This document shows positions 61,945-64,000 of a stretch of 64,000 nt of DNA, in pieces. The translations under genes were made by a program, and so were the position numbers. The notes under the pieces were generated by a model. It was not told where the DNA came from. It saw only the letters and a list, made by a program, of their open reading frames with translations, and ran no database searches. The number at the start of each line of letters is the position of its first letter. The first letter of the stretch is position 1. Source of the stretch: a bacterium (lineage in GTDB: Bacteria > Krumholzibacteriota > Krumholzibacteriia > LZORAL124-64-63); contig JAGRNP010000001.1 in NCBI GenBank assembly GCA_020440705.1, positions 51,787-115,786 on the forward strand, in the 5' to 3' direction.

Positions 61945-62302
61945 ACCACTCCTCCAGACGATGCGAGGCGTCGGACATGATGTAGAACCTGAAGGTGATG
62001 CTGCTTCCGTCCTGGACCGGCACGATGAGCACGGGCCCCGCATGGAGGAGCTTGTCGAGGAACGAGGGGGCGAGCCAGGATCCGCCCGCGGCGTTCTCGT
62101 GGATGTCGTCGTCGGAATCGCCACCACCGGCGTCGTTGGTGTCGAGGGGATCGCCGGTCCGGCGCTCGCCCCGGTGGCTCGTGTCGAGCCCCCGTTCGTC
62201 GTCGGCCCGCGCGGTCGAGAACCCGCCCAGTCCCAGCAGGATCAGGACGGACATCAGCGCCAGGGCCGCCTTGGCGCTCAGGTGATCGAGCAACTTCTCC
62301 AT
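61934..62302 (-). CDS. Small secreted Asp/Gly-rich hypothetical protein, co-transcribed with the sigma-54 activator
   Basis: GGGAGGG RBS. MEKLLDHLSAKAALALMSVLILLGLGGFSTARA (signal peptide), then an acidic DDERGLDTSHRGERRTGDPLDTNDAGGGDSDDDIHENAAGGS... Its 3' end overlaps the activator start by 11 nt. Confidence 0.5.
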   Translation of the reverse strand: MEKLLDHLSAKAALALMSVLILLGLGGFSTARADDERGLDTSHRGERRTGDPLDTNDAGGGDSDDDIHENAAGGSWLAPSFLDKLLHAGPVLIVPVQDGSSITFRFYIMSDASHRLEEWYEK

Positions 62303-62420
62303 TGGTTCCCTCCCGGGAATTGCGGCTGCGAGGTGCCTCGAATGGTGCGGGGTTCGCATGAACCTACGGAATCGGGCGCCGGGAGGAAAGAGGGGCCGGC
62401 AGATGCGGGCGGGGACCGGG

Positions 62421-63683
62421 TCAGGCCGGTTGCCCCGCCCACTTCTCGATCAGGGGCCGCACCTTGTCCACGCGGAACGGCTTGGCCAGGAAGTCGTTGA
62501 TGCCGGCGTCGATGCAGTCGGCGAGCTGGGTCTCGTCCGGGGAGGACGTGAGCGCGATGATCGTCAGGGGCGCACCCCAATCCGGATCCGCGGTGATGCG
62601 GTCGACCTCGAGGCGCCGGATCTCGCGGGTGGCCGCGACGCCGTCGAGATTGGGCATGGCCAGGTCCATCAGCACGAGGTCCCACGGACGGCTCCGCGCC
62701 CGGGCGAAGGTGTCGACGACCTGGCGCCCGCAGGTGGCCGTCGCCACGTCGCAGCCCAGGCGGCCGAGCAGCTGCCGCCCCACGGCCAGGTTCACCTCCG
62801 CGTCGTCGACCAGCAGCACCCGGCAGGCCTCGCCGCCCGTTCCCGGCCCGACGACCGGTTCGATGTCCGGGTCGGCCTCGATGCCCGACACCTCGCGCAG
62901 GGTCCGCACGAGCAGCTCCCGCTCCAGGTGCACCCGCAGGCGGGCCATCAGCTCCTCCTGGATGCAGGGCTTGGTCAGGTAGTCGGTCGCGCCAATCTTG
63001 AACAGGGCCAGGGTCCGGGCGTCGTCGGCGTTGGACGACAGGAAGATGACCGGCAGTTCGGACAGGCGCTTGTTGCCCCGGATCTTCAGACAGAGCTCGT
63101 CGCCGCCCATGCGCGCCATGTGCAGATCGGTCAGCACCAGGTCGACGTCGTGGTTCTGCAGGTACTGCCAGGCCGTGTCCCCGTCGTCCGCTTCCTGCAC
63201 CTGGGCGCCCAGCCGCGACACGCCGGAGCGCACGAAGCGCCGGATCGTGCGGCTGTCGTCCACCACGAGCACGTTCAGGTCCTGCATCTCGGTGCGGCAG
63301 CCGAGCAGCGAGTTGACGTGGGCGAGCAGGTCGCCCCGCTGCCAGGGCTTCTGGATGAAGTCGGCCGCGCCGATGTAGTAGCCGCGGAGGCGGTCCTCGT
63401 CGTTGTCGTTGGAGGTGACGAAGACGGCGTGGAGGTTGTCGTTGCCCAGCGGGGCCACCTGGGCCAGGAATTCGCGCGACATGATCTCGGCGAGGAAGTC
63501 GAAGGCCTCCATGCCCTCGAGCACCATGCTGAGGGTGAGCAGCGAGATGCCCGGCTCGGTGAGCAGCACCTCGCGGGCCTCCTCCGGGTTCGCGGCCTCG
63601 AGCACCTCGTAGTCGCCCCATTCGAGCTCTTCCCGGATGAAACGCCGCACCATCGAACTGCCGTCGAGCACCAGAACGCGCAT
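62421..63683 (-). CDS. Protein of three tandem receiver (REC) domains, no output domain
   Basis: 420 aa. MRVLVLDGSSMVRRFI..., ...LNVLVVDDSRTIRRFV...LVLTDLHMARMGG... and ...RVLLVDDAEVNLAVGRQLL...LVLMDLAMPNLDG.... Confidence 0.8.
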   Translation of the reverse strand: MRVLVLDGSSMVRRFIREELEWGDYEVLEAANPEEAREVLLTEPGISLLTLSMVLEGMEAFDFLAEIMSREFLAQVAPLGNDNLHAVFVTSNDNDEDRLRGYYIGAADFIQKPWQRGDLLAHVNSLLGCRTEMQDLNVLVVDDSRTIRRFVRSGVSRLGAQVQEADDGDTAWQYLQNHDVDLVLTDLHMARMGGDELCLKIRGNKRLSELPVIFLSSNADDARTLALFKIGATDYLTKPCIQEELMARLRVHLERELLVRTLREVSGIEADPDIEPVVGPGTGGEACRVLLVDDAEVNLAVGRQLLGRLGCDVATATCGRQVVDTFARARSRPWDLVLMDLAMPNLDGVAATREIRRLEVDRITADPDWGAPLTIIALTSSPDETQLADCIDAGINDFLAKPFRVDKVRPLIEKWAGQPA

Positions 63684-63891
63684 CGGTTCCTCCCCCGCTC
63701 TGCGGGCCTCGGGTCCCCGTCATGACTAAGTATTTCCTTTATCGGCAAAAGCGGCGCCGACGTGAGCGAAAATGCGTCGCGCGCTGTCGCCGTCGGGCCA
63801 GTTGGCTTAATATGTGCGCCGAGCCCCGTCCGGCCTCACGGCGGGGCCTTGAACTTGTACCGACCGGACACGCGGCGACGGGAGTGGTGAG

Positions 63892-64000
63892 ATGGAGTAT
63901 CGGTTTCTGGGCAAGTCGGGCCTGAAGGTCAGCGCCCTCAGCTTCGGCGCCTGGGTCACGTTCCAGGACCAGCTGGACGTGGACAAGGCGCACGCCTGCA
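63892..64000 (+). CDS. Aldo/keto reductase (AKR), N-terminal fragment; continues beyond the window
   Basis: GGAG upstream. [36 protein letters not shown], a typical AKR / Kv-beta-like N-terminus. Confidence 0.7.
   Translation, partial: MEYRFLGKSGLKVSALSFGAWVTFQDQLDVDKAHAC

Noticed and set aside
62310-62345. GGCAC...GC sigma-54-like element upstream of the small-protein/sigma-54-activator operon
   Set aside because: The GG-to-GC spacing is 9 nt instead of the invariant 10 nt.

Overview
The window is about 70% GC, so the six-frame ORF track is dominated by long spurious ORFs rich in Arg, Ala and Gly that lie antisense to real genes. I called genes by recognisable protein families, GC3-consistent frames, RBS spacing and translational coupling. 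Gene density is high and most genes are on the minus strand. The content looks like core chromosome of a diderm bacterium that uses sigma-54: there is a TamA/TamB pair, a sigma-54 activator and a Zn ABC importer. There is no obvious mobile element and no CRISPR array.

In window order:
- a division/translation cluster: a second EF-G, a KaiC-like ATPase, yggS, yggT, divIVA, purine nucleoside phosphorylase and the 5' part of a eukaryote-type ileS;
- kbl and fbaA, divergent from znuABC;
- tmRNA (ssrA), encoding a tag ending ...DENNFALAA;
- a pair of secreted transglutaminase-like proteins, one active-type and one lacking the catalytic Cys;
- PrpD/MmgE and an NADP-type glutamate dehydrogenase (gdhA);
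- the most unusual locus: a Gdh2/RocG-type glutamate dehydrogenase bracketed and translationally coupled to two paralogous PPDK_N (PEP-synthase-like ATP-grasp) proteins, one with two N-terminal receiver domains and one with a C-terminal Pol-beta nucleotidyltransferase domain;
- a PAP2 phosphatase;
- a complete saccharopine-pathway lysine catabolism cluster (lysine-ketoglutarate reductase, saccharopine dehydrogenase, AASA/P6C dehydrogenase);
- a DinB-family protein, a DUF4920/PepSY_TM/membrane-protein operon, and a typA/MTH1187/esterase operon;
- a TrmB-like regulator, a PilZ-like/hypothetical/DAG-kinase operon, glgX, and a 350-bp low-GC intergenic island with a bidirectional terminator;
- tamB/tamA, a cysteine desulfurase convergent with an Rrf2 regulator, an outer-membrane beta-barrel protein, and a dense signalling locus (sensor HK, hybrid REC-HK, REC, TPR-sigma-54 activator, small secreted acidic protein, triple-REC protein);
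- the start of an aldo/keto reductase.
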